Below are positions 1 through 9,438 of a stretch of 62,121 nucleotides of DNA, piece by piece. The notes under the pieces are model-generated. The model was not told where the DNA came from. It made no database searches and worked only from the letters and a program-made list of their open reading frames with translations. The translations under genes were made by a program, and so were the position numbers. Position 1 is the first letter of the stretch. Each line of letters starts with the position of its first letter. The stretch comes from Polyangiaceae bacterium (lineage in GTDB: Bacteria > Myxococcota_A > Polyangia > Polyangiales > Polyangiaceae): contig JAPSGB010000028.1 of assembly GCA_035063585.1 (NCBI GenBank), positions 1-62,121 of the forward strand, given 5' to 3'.

Positions 1-120
1 CACCGGCGGCAGCGCGGGCTCCGGCACCGGCGGCAGCGCGGGCTCCGGCACCGGCGGCAGCGCGGGCTCCGGCACCGGCGGCAGCGCGGGCTCCGGCACC
101 GGCGGCAGCGCGGGCTCCGG
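1..120 (+). repeat. 24-bp coding tandem repeat (CACCGGCGGCAGCGCGGGCTCCGG) x5 encoding a TGGSAGSG linker
   Basis: Five perfect copies are directly visible. Confidence 0.95.
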
Positions 121-1102
121 CGGCGGCAGCGGCGGGCTCACGCTCGATTGCGCCGCTCATACGACCGCGACGCCCGAGAGCGCCTGCGACGACTACGCGG
201 ACGCGGTCTGCAGTCTGATGGAGCGGTGCGCGCCGGGCATGTTGAGCTTTTTCGGCGCCACCGACCACGCGATCTGCGTCGCGGTTTACCGAAACCAGTG
301 CAGCCAGGAGTTGGCCGCGCCGGGCTCGCGGGTGACCCCCGCGTTCGTCGCCGCATACTCGGTGGTCACCGAGAGCGTCTCCTGTGACGATTTCGGGAAC
401 GACGCGCTCGGGAGCGCGGATGCATCCCAGCCCGAGTGCGGCTCGAAGTCGGGGTCACTCGCCGGCGGGGCCACCTGCTACACCAGCTCGCAGTGCACGA
501 GCCGCAAGTGCGGCGAGGGCTCGGACCCCTGCCACGGCACCTGCGCCGCCCTCGGAAAGCTCGGTGACGGCTGCGGTTCTGACGACAACTGCCCCTCGGG
601 CGCGTATTGCGACACCGTCGACCATACGTGCAAGGCCCAGGGGGATGCCGGGGCGTCATGCAGCTCCGAGAGCTGCAAGTCGGGGCTCTTCTGCGGTGCT
701 GGTGATAAGTGTCAGGTGCAGCGTGACATCGGTGAGTCGTGCACGGCTACCGAGGAATGCAAGGGGAACCGCATCTGCGGGAAGGAGCAGAAGTGCAAGA
801 AGCCGGCGCTCGCCGCCCTCGGCGAGACTTGCGATCCAGACGAGGAGAGCAGCTGCGATCCCAGGCAGCTTCTCACCTGCGATGACGCCACGAGCAAGTG
901 CGTAGGAATGCTCGGGCCACTCCCGGGGCTTGGAGACCCCTGCGTGTTTGCCTGCGGGGGAGGCGCGTCTTGCCTCAATAAGGTGTGCGTGGCGATCGCG
1001 AAGAACGGTGAGAGCTGCGACGAGACGGCCGGTCCGGCTTGCATGCTGGGGTCGACGTGCAAGAGCGGGAGCTGCACACCGCTGTCGGCCGCGTGTCAGT
1101 GA
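1..1102 (+). CDS. Cysteine-rich secreted/lipoprotein with Gly/Ser/Thr linker (Dickkopf-like Cys-rich repeats); 5' end lies outside the window
   Basis: The frame of ORF 218..1102 stays open back to position 2 and reads TGGSAGSG repeats. The C-terminal half has many CxxxxxC...C repeats typical of myxobacterial surface proteins. Confidence 0.8.
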   Translation, partial: TGGSAGSGTGGSAGSGTGGSAGSGTGGSAGSGTGGSAGSGGGSGGLTLDCAAHTTATPESACDDYADAVCSLMERCAPGMLSFFGATDHAICVAVYRNQCSQELAAPGSRVTPAFVAAYSVVTESVSCDDFGNDALGSADASQPECGSKSGSLAGGATCYTSSQCTSRKCGEGSDPCHGTCAALGKLGDGCGSDDNCPSGAYCDTVDHTCKAQGDAGASCSSESCKSGLFCGAGDKCQVQRDIGESCTATEECKGNRICGKEQKCKKPALAALGETCDPDEESSCDPRQLLTCDDATSKCVGMLGPLPGLGDPCVFACGGGASCLNKVCVAIAKNGESCDETAGPACMLGSTCKSGSCTPLSAACQ

Positions 1103-1224
1103 GCCGAGGCGCTCTCTGCCGGAGGGGGTGAGCGACGCCCGGCGAGCCGCGGAAGCTTCGCGCGGCTCGCCCGGGCGGAGCGCTCGCCACCGGGCCGAAG
1201 CCGGAGTATCAGGGGAGGATAGCC

Positions 1225-1782
1225 ATGGCTGATACTCGCGCCCTCGCCTTCATCGAGCTCCTCGATCCATGGGGGAAGCCGCACTTCGTCTCCGAGCTGT
1301 GGTGCAAGGGGCCGGCGGCGCTCGGCTTCGTGCGCCACTTCGGCTGCATCTTCTGTCATGAGCAGGTGAGCGAGCTGGTGCGCGCGCTACCGGAGCTCGA
1401 GCGCGCCGGCGCGCGCGTCGCGGTCATCGGCAACGGCAACCCAATCCACGCGCTCGGTTTTGCTTCACGCACCGGGATGGACGCGAAGAACGTCTTCACC
1501 GACCCCGGGCGGCTCGCGTATCGCGCGCTCGGTATGCGCCACGGCGTGGGCGGGCTCGGCGGACTCCGCTCGACCCTGTCGAGCGGGCTCCGCGCGTGGC
1601 GGAGCGGGCATCGACAGGAGTCTTTGCAGGGCGATCCTTGGCAGCAGGGAGGCACGGTCGTCGTCTCGCGGGACGGGACCATCGCTTATCAATACCTGTC
1701 CCGCGCGGCTGGCGACTACGCGCCGCTCGGCGCGGTGATCGACTCGGTGCGCGCGCTCGGTGCGAGCGCGGCCCGCCGCTGA
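1225..1782 (+). CDS. Peroxiredoxin-like AhpC/TSA (PRXL2-type) protein
   Basis: FVRHFGCIFC CxxC motif, DP..AYRALG and WQQGGTVVV motifs; GGAGG RBS upstream. Confidence 0.85.
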   Translation: MADTRALAFIELLDPWGKPHFVSELWCKGPAALGFVRHFGCIFCHEQVSELVRALPELERAGARVAVIGNGNPIHALGFASRTGMDAKNVFTDPGRLAYRALGMRHGVGGLGGLRSTLSSGLRAWRSGHRQESLQGDPWQQGGTVVVSRDGTIAYQYLSRAAGDYAPLGAVIDSVRALGASAARR

Positions 1783-1807
1783 GCCGCGCTCGAGCTTCGC
1801 CTCCGAT

Positions 1808-2917
1808 TCACCCGTGCGTCACGGGCGGCAGCGCCTTGGCGGGGAGCCGGAAGATGAGGAAGGTGCGGGTCGTGTTCGAGCCGATGGCGTTGAACGCGCC
1901 GTCGGCGTCGCCGGTCGGGGAGTACCACATCCAGCGCGCATCCGCGTCGATACCTCCGTTGTCCGGATCGCGCCCGTTCGGGCGGCCGCAGACCGGCGGG
2001 AAGAAGAAGCCCGGCTGGCCGCGCCGGTCGGTCTCGGAGGAGTTGTCCTGTCCGAACACGACCTTGCCGACCGCGCCCGGCGTCGCGGGGAGCGCGCCTT
2101 TCGGGCCGACCCAGCCCGCGCTGGTCGTGCTCGAGTTACCAGAACCGGCGTTGCAGATCGTGATCTGCTCGTTGATGGTCTCCTTCGACGGGCCGTCGCG
2201 CATCGCTTCGGCCGACGTGGCGTAGGTGAGGCCCGTCGCGCACGCCTGCCACTCGCCCGCGCCGGTGTAGAGAGTGGCGCCGCCTTCGCGCGCGAACTGC
2301 GCGAGTACGCCTTGCGTGGTGCTGTAGTCCGCCCAAGCGACGAGGTAGAGGTAAGCCGCCTCGGGCGCTTGGTCGGCAGGCACGACATAGCGCTCCGGGC
2401 CGACGACCTGTCCTACCGCGAGCGGCGCGCCGAGACGGTCGGGGCCGCCGACGGGGCAGTTGAAGATGGCGCCGGCGGTGGTCGCCGCGGAGTTCGAGCG
2501 GTAGTTCACTACGCTGCTCGCGTCGCCCCAACCGAAGCCGTAGGCGTTGTCCGCCGTCGCGATGACGACGACCGGAGCAGGCTCCGCGCCGCCGGTCCCG
2601 GCGCTGCCGCTCGCCCCGGCGCTGCCGCTCGCCCCGGCGCTGCCGGCCGTACCCGCGCCGCCGCCGGTGCCGGAGCCCGCGCCGCCGCCGGTGCCGGAGC
2701 CCGCGCCGCCGCCGGTGCCGGAGCCCGCGCCGCCGCCGGTACCCGCGCCGCTCTGCCCACCAGTACCCGCGCCGCCGCTCTGCCCACCAGCACCAGCTGC
2801 GGAGTCCGCGCCGGCGTCCGCGCCCCCTGACGAAGCGCCACCGCCGCCCGGAGCGTCAGGTGATGCGGCGCATGCCGCGACTCCCATCGAGAGCATCACG
2901 AAGAAATAAGAACGCAT
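1808..2917 (-). CDS. Lipoprotein with Gly-rich linker and globular C-terminal domain, function unknown
   Basis: ATG at 2917 with GGAGG RBS; signal peptide and lipobox-like VAAC; GTGGGAGS repeats, then a non-repetitive domain. Confidence 0.75.
   Translation of the reverse strand: MRSYFFVMLSMGVAACAASPDAPGGGGASSGGADAGADSAAGAGGQSGGAGTGGQSGAGTGGGAGSGTGGGAGSGTGGGAGSGTGGGAGTAGSAGASGSAGASGSAGTGGAEPAPVVVIATADNAYGFGWGDASSVVNYRSNSAATTAGAIFNCPVGGPDRLGAPLAVGQVVGPERYVVPADQAPEAAYLYLVAWADYSTTQGVLAQFAREGGATLYTGAGEWQACATGLTYATSAEAMRDGPSKETINEQITICNAGSGNSSTTSAGWVGPKGALPATPGAVGKVVFGQDNSSETDRRGQPGFFFPPVCGRPNGRDPDNGGIDADARWMWYSPTGDADGAFNAIGSNTTRTFLIFRLPAKALPPVTHG
2652..2740 (-). repeat. 24-bp coding tandem repeat encoding a TGGGAGSG linker (about 3.7 copies)
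   Basis: Directly visible; the unit differs by 1 nt from the unit at 1-120 and is in the opposite orientation. Confidence 0.9.
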
Positions 2918-3058
2918 ATTGCCACCTCCAGTGCGAAGCCACTCCGCTCTAGCCGCAAAGACGCGCACCTGCAACCGGCCCACGGTCCGCTCTCGTTGGC
3001 CCCGCTTGGCGCGGCTCATTCCTTGTGGAAGGCGCGGCGAGAGCGGCGACCCCGCGGT

Positions 3059-4957
3059 TCAGAGCCAGGGGTTGACGCTCATCTGTCCCTGCGGAGCACG
3101 GAGCGCGATCATCACCCTGCGCGTGAACCACGCGAGCACGATGAGGCACAGCGCGGAGAGGACGTAGCCGGACGCCGCCTCGAGCGCGCGGAGCACCGGG
3201 CTATGCGCCGCGATGAGCCAGAGCACCGTCGAGAGCAGGGCCACCAGTGAGAGCGGCACGAGGTAGCGCCAGCATACGGCCGCCATCTGCTCGAGCCGAA
3301 CTCGAGGCAGCGCCCACCGGAGCGCGAGCGTGCCGAGCAGGAGAAGCCAGCACTTCACCTGGAAGAGGAGGGCGCCGAGCCCGATGAGGAGAGCGCTCGA
3401 GCGCTGGAGGTTCCAAGAGACTCCCGGGAGGCGCCAGCCGCCGAGGAACAGAGCCGCGGCAACGCCGGCCACGATGAACGCGGCGCCCCACTCTGCGAGG
3501 AACACGACCGCGCGCATCCCGGCGTGGTGGGAGACGATCCCGGGCGTCTCGCCGTCGGCCTCGGGCAACTCGAGCGGCGCGCGGCTCGCCTCTGGTAACG
3601 CGGCGACCGTGACGAGCATGAACGCGAGCAAGAGCACCGGGCTCTGGAAGACGTTCCAGCGCCACGGGGCGCCGCCCTGCGCGGCGACGATGTCCTCGAT
3701 GCGGAGGCTGCCCACCGTGAGCACCACGCACATGACGCCGATGAGCAGCGGGAGCTGATAGCTCAAGATGGAGAACGCGCCGCCCGCGCCGTCGAGGAGC
3801 GACCAACGCCGGCCGCGACGCCAGCCGCCGAGCACGAGCCCGGCGGCGGTGAGCGCGGTGATGGTCGAGAGCAGGAGGATGCCGAGGTCGAGATCCGGCA
3901 AGATCAAGGCCCGGCCGAGCGCGAGCGCGGTGAAGGCGGCGCTGATCGCGACGAACACGACGTACGGCAAGACGCGGAGCAGTGGGCGATCGATGCCGGG
4001 GGGTAGAAGATCCTCGGAGACGGCCGCGCGGAGCGCGCTCTTCACCGCGTCTGCGCGCCCCGCGCGGGTGCGCGTGCTCCGGAGGCGCAGGACCAGGCGC
4101 CGCTCGATCCAGCTGAGCAGTCCGGCGGTGGGCGACATGAAGAGGAGCAGGAGCCCACCCGCGAGCCCCACCAAGATCGCCGCGGTGGCCAGATCTCCGG
4201 GCGCCCGCTCACGCATGCCCTCGACCTCGACGCGCCGAAGCAGGGCGTCACGCGCCGCACCGCGCCGCACCATCACCTCCGCGAAGCGATGCTCGCCGGA
4301 GCTCACCAGATCGTCCGCAGAGAGCACGCTGGTACCCTCGAAGGAGATCAGCGCATCACCCGGCTCGAGGCCAGCGCGGCTCGCGCGCCCGCCTGGGACG
4401 ACGCTCTTCACGAGTACGCGCCCGGCCACGTCTGCGTCGAGTTCGAGCCCGAGGAAGGTGAGCGCGTGCTCCGCCTCGGCGCGGCGCTCGGCGAGCACTT
4501 CGCGCGCGACCGTCGGTGACTCGATGTCGAGCGTCGCGTCGCGTAGGCTCCCGGTCACCGGGGGCGCGCCGGAGAGCTTGGGCGCGAACGAGACGATGAT
4601 CTCGCCGTGGAACGTGGTGTGCCGCGCCTCATCGCCGCGGCCGCAGAAGGCCGACTCGAGCTCGCTCGTGAGCGTCAGCCCGACGCGGCTCGCGGAGCGG
4701 CTCGCGCCCTTGGCGACGATCCGAACGCCGCGCTTCGGGCTCTTGCCCGGCCGGTGAAGGTCACCGTGAAACTCCACGGTCGCGGGCTTTCCCGCTGGAA
4801 AGCCCGCCCCGGAGAGCTCGAGCTGGTCGCCGAGGGCGACGTCACGCGGCGAGACGTCGGTGACCTGCACCAATTGCGGCGCCGCGTCGTTTCCGCCGCA
4901 CGCGCCGAGCACGACGGACAGAGCGACCAACAGCACGAGCCACGGCGCGGCACGCAT
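3059..4957 (-). CDS. NuoH/ND1-family membrane protein fused to an N-terminal lipoprotein, IPT/TIG-like and PDZ region
   Basis: Lipobox LGAC; PDZ-like VVPGGRASRAGLEPGDALISFEG; NuoH-like motifs WIERR, DAVK, ISYE-like LSYQ, EASRAPLELPEA, FLGGW, RWALPRVRLEQM..CWRYL. Confidence 0.8.
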   Translation of the reverse strand: MRAAPWLVLLVALSVVLGACGGNDAAPQLVQVTDVSPRDVALGDQLELSGAGFPAGKPATVEFHGDLHRPGKSPKRGVRIVAKGASRSASRVGLTLTSELESAFCGRGDEARHTTFHGEIIVSFAPKLSGAPPVTGSLRDATLDIESPTVAREVLAERRAEAEHALTFLGLELDADVAGRVLVKSVVPGGRASRAGLEPGDALISFEGTSVLSADDLVSSGEHRFAEVMVRRGAARDALLRRVEVEGMRERAPGDLATAAILVGLAGGLLLLFMSPTAGLLSWIERRLVLRLRSTRTRAGRADAVKSALRAAVSEDLLPPGIDRPLLRVLPYVVFVAISAAFTALALGRALILPDLDLGILLLSTITALTAAGLVLGGWRRGRRWSLLDGAGGAFSILSYQLPLLIGVMCVVLTVGSLRIEDIVAAQGGAPWRWNVFQSPVLLLAFMLVTVAALPEASRAPLELPEADGETPGIVSHHAGMRAVVFLAEWGAAFIVAGVAAALFLGGWRLPGVSWNLQRSSALLIGLGALLFQVKCWLLLLGTLALRWALPRVRLEQMAAVCWRYLVPLSLVALLSTVLWLIAAHSPVLRALEAASGYVLSALCLIVLAWFTRRVMIALRAPQGQMSVNPWL

Positions 4958-5071
4958 CGTCGACGGCTATAGCCTGCGCCTCGCTCTTCGGGCGAACTTC
5001 GGGGGGATGCGCGGATCTTGGCCCGTGGCGCGGCCGCCCCCTAGGGTGCCGCCAGCTGGCGCGAGGAGACG

Positions 5072-5629
5072 GTGATGAGCAGAGGGATGAGCGGGCTACT
5101 CTCGGAGATTCGCGACGTTCAGACCGAGCTCATGCGGCTCATGCCGCATCGCGACGCGGGGCTCGTGCCGAACCCGGGCGCGTCCCGCGAGGCGCTCGCG
5201 GCGGTCGAGCGGCGGCTGCGCTGCGAGCTCCCGCTCGAGTACCGCGAGTTTCTCGCGCTCCACGACGGCTGGCCACGCTTCTTCGAGGGCGCGACCCTGC
5301 TCGGCACCACGACCCTCGGGCGCCAGGAGCACGAGGAGACCGCGAGCGCCATCTTCGCTGCCGCCGAGACGCCGGTGCACGGGCTCGGGCAGCTGCTCGG
5401 GCCGCGTCGCCGGCGACTGCTGCCGTTCGGGATCGATCCGCAGGCGACCACCGTCTTCGCCTTCGACTTCTCGAAGCCCTCGGGCGGCGGCGGCTGCGCG
5501 GTGGTCGCGTGGATCGACGAGCTTGGGCTCCGCCGCGAGTCGTTCCAGGACTTTCTGGAGGGCGTCCTCGAGCTCTGCGAGGCCGAGCTCACCGCCGTGA
5601 GCGCGCCTGCGCTCTCGCGCGCGGGCTGA
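5072..5629 (+). CDS. SMI1/KNR4 family protein
   Basis: NPGAS...AVERRLRCELPLEYREFLALHDG motif; AGGAG RBS. Confidence 0.8.
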   Translation: MMSRGMSGLLSEIRDVQTELMRLMPHRDAGLVPNPGASREALAAVERRLRCELPLEYREFLALHDGWPRFFEGATLLGTTTLGRQEHEETASAIFAAAETPVHGLGQLLGPRRRRLLPFGIDPQATTVFAFDFSKPSGGGGCAVVAWIDELGLRRESFQDFLEGVLELCEAELTAVSAPALSRAG

Positions 5630-5754
5630 GCGGCCGAGCCGGGGGCCTTCGCGCCGCCCCGACCCCGAGGCCCCGGCGGCTGGCGGAGGTTGACGCTTCG
5701 CGCCATTATTGGTGAGATGCGGCCGCGAGCCCCGGCACCCGTCGTTCCGGGTCG

Positions 5755-6393
5755 ATGTCGCACCCAAAAGGCAGCGAGATGGTCACGACTGAGAGCTCTT
5801 CGGCCGGTGCCCCGGTTTCTCCTAATGACCGGCGGGTGATCAAGCGGTACTCGAACCGCAAGCTCTACGACACCAAGGACAGCCGCTACGTCACGCTCCT
5901 GCAAATTGCAGACATGGTGCGCGAGGGCGAAGAAGTTCAGATCATCGACAACGCGACCAAGGAGGACAAGACCGACGTCACGCTGGCGCTCATCATTTCT
6001 GAGGAGCTCAAGGCTCGGCCTCGGGGGATCCCGCTCGCGACCCTGAAATTTCTCATTCGCCAGCGCGGCGAGAAGATCTTGTCGCAGCTTCGCGAGGGCC
6101 CCATCGGCCGCCTGATCCCACGCGACGAGAGCGAGGCCGAGTCGGCCGAATTCGCGGCCGAGGAGCCGCCGGAAGTGGAGAGAGAAGTGTCGGAAAAGCA
6201 CGATAAGGACGCCGCGCCGAAGGGGTTCCGCGCCACCCTGGAGCAGTTCCAGCACAGCATCGACGAGCGTATCCGCGCGTCACTCCCGAACTTTTCGGCG
6301 TTCAGCGAGCTCCAGGCAGAGGTGCGTAAGCTCGCGACCCGGCTCGAATCGCTCGAAAAACGGCTGGGGAGCGGCCCCGACAACAAGGAATAA
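5755..6393 (+). CDS. PhaR-type (polyhydroxyalkanoate synthesis regulator) DNA-binding domain protein
   Basis: RVIKRYSNRKLYDT..SRYVTL..I..MVREGEEVQIIDN.TKED signature. Confidence 0.85.
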   Translation: MSHPKGSEMVTTESSSAGAPVSPNDRRVIKRYSNRKLYDTKDSRYVTLLQIADMVREGEEVQIIDNATKEDKTDVTLALIISEELKARPRGIPLATLKFLIRQRGEKILSQLREGPIGRLIPRDESEAESAEFAAEEPPEVEREVSEKHDKDAAPKGFRATLEQFQHSIDERIRASLPNFSAFSELQAEVRKLATRLESLEKRLGSGPDNKE

Positions 6394-6438
6394 CCGGACC
6401 AGACGCCAGGTTATCGACTCGTACGAGCGGAGCATCCA

Positions 6439-7110
6439 GTGATCTCATCGAGTCGAACCCAGGCCACCGATTTCGAGCGTGAGGCGCTGAGCCATCTCGG
6501 CTCGCTCATGGCGGTCGGCACCCGGCTGACCAAGAGCCCGACCGAGGCGGAGGACCTCGTCCAGGACACGTTCGTCAAGGCCATCCGCGCTCGCGGCCAG
6601 TTCGAGGCGGGCACCAACATGCGGGCCTGGCTCCTCCGCATCCTCACCAACACCTTCATCAACCGATATCGCCGCGGCGGGCTCGAGAAGAGCGTGCTCG
6701 AAGGCCCTGACGCCGACCCCCTCGCCGATGGCTGGGTCAGCGCCTCGACCATGGAGGCGATGCGTGATCCCGAGTCGCAGGCGCTCCGTCCGGTGCTCGA
6801 GGGTGAGATCCGCGACGCCCTCGACGAGCTCCCCGACGAGTTCCGCCTCGCGGTGGTGCTCGCTGACGTCGAGGAGCTCTCGTACCGCGAGATCGCCGAC
6901 GTCATGGGCTGCCCCGTCGGCACCGTGATGTCGCGGCTGCACCGTGGCCGCCGGCTGCTGAAGGCGCGGCTCTACGAGCACGCGCGGGCGATGGGAATCG
7001 TCGGCCCGGAGCCGAGCGTCGGGCACGGGACGCCGGGCGAAGCCGAGTCGCGCTCGAGCGCGCCGGTCGACATGGCCTCGTACCGGCGCCGGAAGGAGGC
7101 GGTCGGATGA
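6439..7110 (+). CDS. ECF RNA polymerase sigma factor
   Basis: EAEDLVQDTF, AWLLRILTNTFIN, LSYREIADVMGCPVGTVMSRLHRGR. Confidence 0.95.
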   Translation: MISSSRTQATDFEREALSHLGSLMAVGTRLTKSPTEAEDLVQDTFVKAIRARGQFEAGTNMRAWLLRILTNTFINRYRRGGLEKSVLEGPDADPLADGWVSASTMEAMRDPESQALRPVLEGEIRDALDELPDEFRLAVVLADVEELSYREIADVMGCPVGTVMSRLHRGRRLLKARLYEHARAMGIVGPEPSVGHGTPGEAESRSSAPVDMASYRRRKEAVG

Positions 7111-7940
7111 GCCACTGTCGCCGCTTCCTCGCCCACACCGAGACGTTCGTCGACGGTGAACTCCCCGCCGAGAAGATCCTCGAGGTCGAGGAGCACCTCA
7201 CCGAGTGCGCCGAGTGCGCCGAGCGGGTGCGACTCGAGGAAGCGCTGCGGGTGAGCACGCGCCGCGCGGTGCTCGACGCCGCGCCGCCTACCGAGGCGCT
7301 CGAGCTGCGGATCCGCGCCGCGCTCGCGGCGGAGCGTGGGCGTGAGCGCGCCGATCACGCGCTCGATGATCGCGGCCGCGTGCTGCCCTGGCGGACGATC
7401 GTGCCGGTCGCGGCCGCCGCCGCGTCGGTGCTGGTGTGGGCCGCCTCGGTGAACGGCCCGTCGCACGCAGCGCGCGCGAGCAGCGGGGACACCATGAACA
7501 TGAGTAGCTCGACGACCAGCGTGGAGCAGCTGATCGATGAGTTCGTGAGCTTCCACGCCGATGATCCGGCACCGGAGGTGACCGAGCCGTCGCAGGTGAT
7601 GCGCTTCGAGCCGGCGGTCGGCGTACCGATGCGGCTGCCGAGCTTGCAGCAGTACGGCGCGCGCTGGGTGGGTGGCAACCTCGTGCCGGTGCGAAACCAG
7701 CGGGCGGCCTCGCTCCGCTACCAGGTCGACGGTCACCGCGTCACGGTCTACGTCTATAACTCCACGCGGTTTCCCCTACGCGTCACGCTCGAGCCGCGGG
7801 TCGTGCAAAATCGCCCCGTCTACGTCGGCAACCGCCGCGGCTACTCCATCGCCGCGGTCGAACAGCGCGGCGTCGGCTACGCGGTGGCCTCGGATCTCAA
7901 CGACAGCGAGAGCGCCGAGCTGGTCGCGTCGATCCGCTGA
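7107..7940 (+). CDS. Zinc-finger (zf-HC2) transmembrane anti-sigma factor
   Basis: HLTECAEC (HxxxCxxC), one TM segment, ATGA overlap with the sigma gene. Confidence 0.9.
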   Translation: MSHCRRFLAHTETFVDGELPAEKILEVEEHLTECAECAERVRLEEALRVSTRRAVLDAAPPTEALELRIRAALAAERGRERADHALDDRGRVLPWRTIVPVAAAAASVLVWAASVNGPSHAARASSGDTMNMSSSTTSVEQLIDEFVSFHADDPAPEVTEPSQVMRFEPAVGVPMRLPSLQQYGARWVGGNLVPVRNQRAASLRYQVDGHRVTVYVYNSTRFPLRVTLEPRVVQNRPVYVGNRRGYSIAAVEQRGVGYAVASDLNDSESAELVASIR

Positions 7941-8016
7941 GCCGCTGTCGAGGGGGTGGGGTCGGTCCGTCGCGAAGCCGCGCGGCTCGACCGCCGCGGG
8001 GCAGCGAGCGACCAGC

Positions 8017-8982
8017 TCAGCCGCGGTGCGCGGGCGACCCGCCGAGCTGCGCGGCTCGGCGCTCGACCCACGCGATGACGTCGTCTTCCACGCGGCGCTG
8101 CTGGAAGCGGCCAAGCTCTTGGATCCCGGTCGGGCTCGTCACGTTCACCTCGATGAGCTTGCCGCCGATGAGATCGAGCCCGACGAAGTAGAGGCCATGC
8201 TGACGCAGCCGGGCGCCGACGGCGCGCACGAGCGCTTGCTCGGCGGAGTCGAGCTCGGCCGGCTGCACGCTACCGCCCACGTGGATGTTGGCGCGGATGT
8301 CGTCCTCTCGCGGCACGCGCAAGATCGCGCCGAGCGACTCACCGTCGAGCATGAGCACGCGCTTGTCCCCCTGCCGGACCTCGGGCTGGTACTCCTGCAC
8401 CAGGGCGAGCTCGCGACCCTCGCGGGTCAGGAGATCGACCAGCGCGCGATTATTGCGGTCTCCGCGGGTGAGCGCCACGACGCCCGAGCCGCCCGCGCCA
8501 TCCAGCGGCTTGAGGACTGCGCGCCCGCCCACCGTCTCCACGAAGTCGAGGATACGCGCGGGCTCGCTCGTCACCAGCGAGCGAGGCATGAACTCCGCGA
8601 ACTGAAACGCGAAGAGCTTCTCGTTGGCGTCGCGGAGGCCGCGCGGATCGTTCAAGACGAGCACGCGATCGGTGACCAAGTCGAGCTGCTGCGTGAGGTG
8701 CAGATACGCCGCGTCGAAGGGCGGATCCTTCCGAATGAACACCGCGTCGAGCGAGGCGACCGGCAACACTTTGGGCGCGCCGAGCACGGCGTGCGGTGCG
8801 CTCTCGGACACGCGGAGAGGCCGCGCAGTCGCGAAGAGGTCACGACCGAGGTTGTGCAGGTCGATGGGCCGGCAGTGCAGGCACTCGTGACCGCGCGCCT
8901 GGGCTCCGCGGATGAAAGCGAACGAGGTGTCCTTGTCGGGCAGCATGTGCTCGGCAGGATCCATCACGAACAAGAAACGCAC
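8017..8982 (-). CDS. gshB: Glutathione synthetase
   Basis: GTG start at 8982 gives MRFLFVMDP..DKDTS; RKDPPFD, ANEKL, KPLDGAGG, GDKRV, RANIHVGG, EVNVTSPTG. Confidence 0.95.
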   Translation of the reverse strand: MRFLFVMDPAEHMLPDKDTSFAFIRGAQARGHECLHCRPIDLHNLGRDLFATARPLRVSESAPHAVLGAPKVLPVASLDAVFIRKDPPFDAAYLHLTQQLDLVTDRVLVLNDPRGLRDANEKLFAFQFAEFMPRSLVTSEPARILDFVETVGGRAVLKPLDGAGGSGVVALTRGDRNNRALVDLLTREGRELALVQEYQPEVRQGDKRVLMLDGESLGAILRVPREDDIRANIHVGGSVQPAELDSAEQALVRAVGARLRQHGLYFVGLDLIGGKLIEVNVTSPTGIQELGRFQQRRVEDDVIAWVERRAAQLGGSPAHRG

Positions 8983-9132
8983 GATCGACCTTCCCTTCGA
9001 GGAGCGAGAAGGAATCCATAATGCTCCGCGCCGAGCCGAGCAATCCGGGTGTGCTCGACCTGGCCGAGACGGCGGGCGCGCAGAAGCGCGAGAAAGTTGG
9101 CCCGGAGGGGCGGGCGGCGTCAGCGTCCGGCC

Positions 9133-9420
9133 ATGTCCCGCAAGTGCGAAATCTGCTCGGGTCTCGACAAGCCGCTGAGCCGAGGGCGACTGCGGCGCGT
9201 GCTCATCGAGGATCGCATCGTGGCCCTCTGTGACGAGCACGCGGCGGAGGTCCAGCTCTCGGGGCAGACGACCCTCGAGGGCGTGCGCTGGCTGTTCCGC
9301 GAGCCCGCCGGCAAGCGCGCCCTGCTCGAGCGTCGGGCGCCGCTCGATCGCAGGATTTTCCCCGCGCGCCCCGAGGGTCGGCGGCGCAGCGCGGGACGTC
9401 GGTCCGGCGATCTCGGTTGA
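9133..9420 (+). CDS. Small hypothetical protein with a possible Zn-binding CxxC...CxxH motif
   Basis: ATG at 9133: MSRKCEIC...ALCDEHA; basic tail. Confidence 0.6.
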   Translation: MSRKCEICSGLDKPLSRGRLRRVLIEDRIVALCDEHAAEVQLSGQTTLEGVRWLFREPAGKRALLERRAPLDRRIFPARPEGRRRSAGRRSGDLG

Positions 9421-9438
9421 GCTGCTAGATTCACCCGG

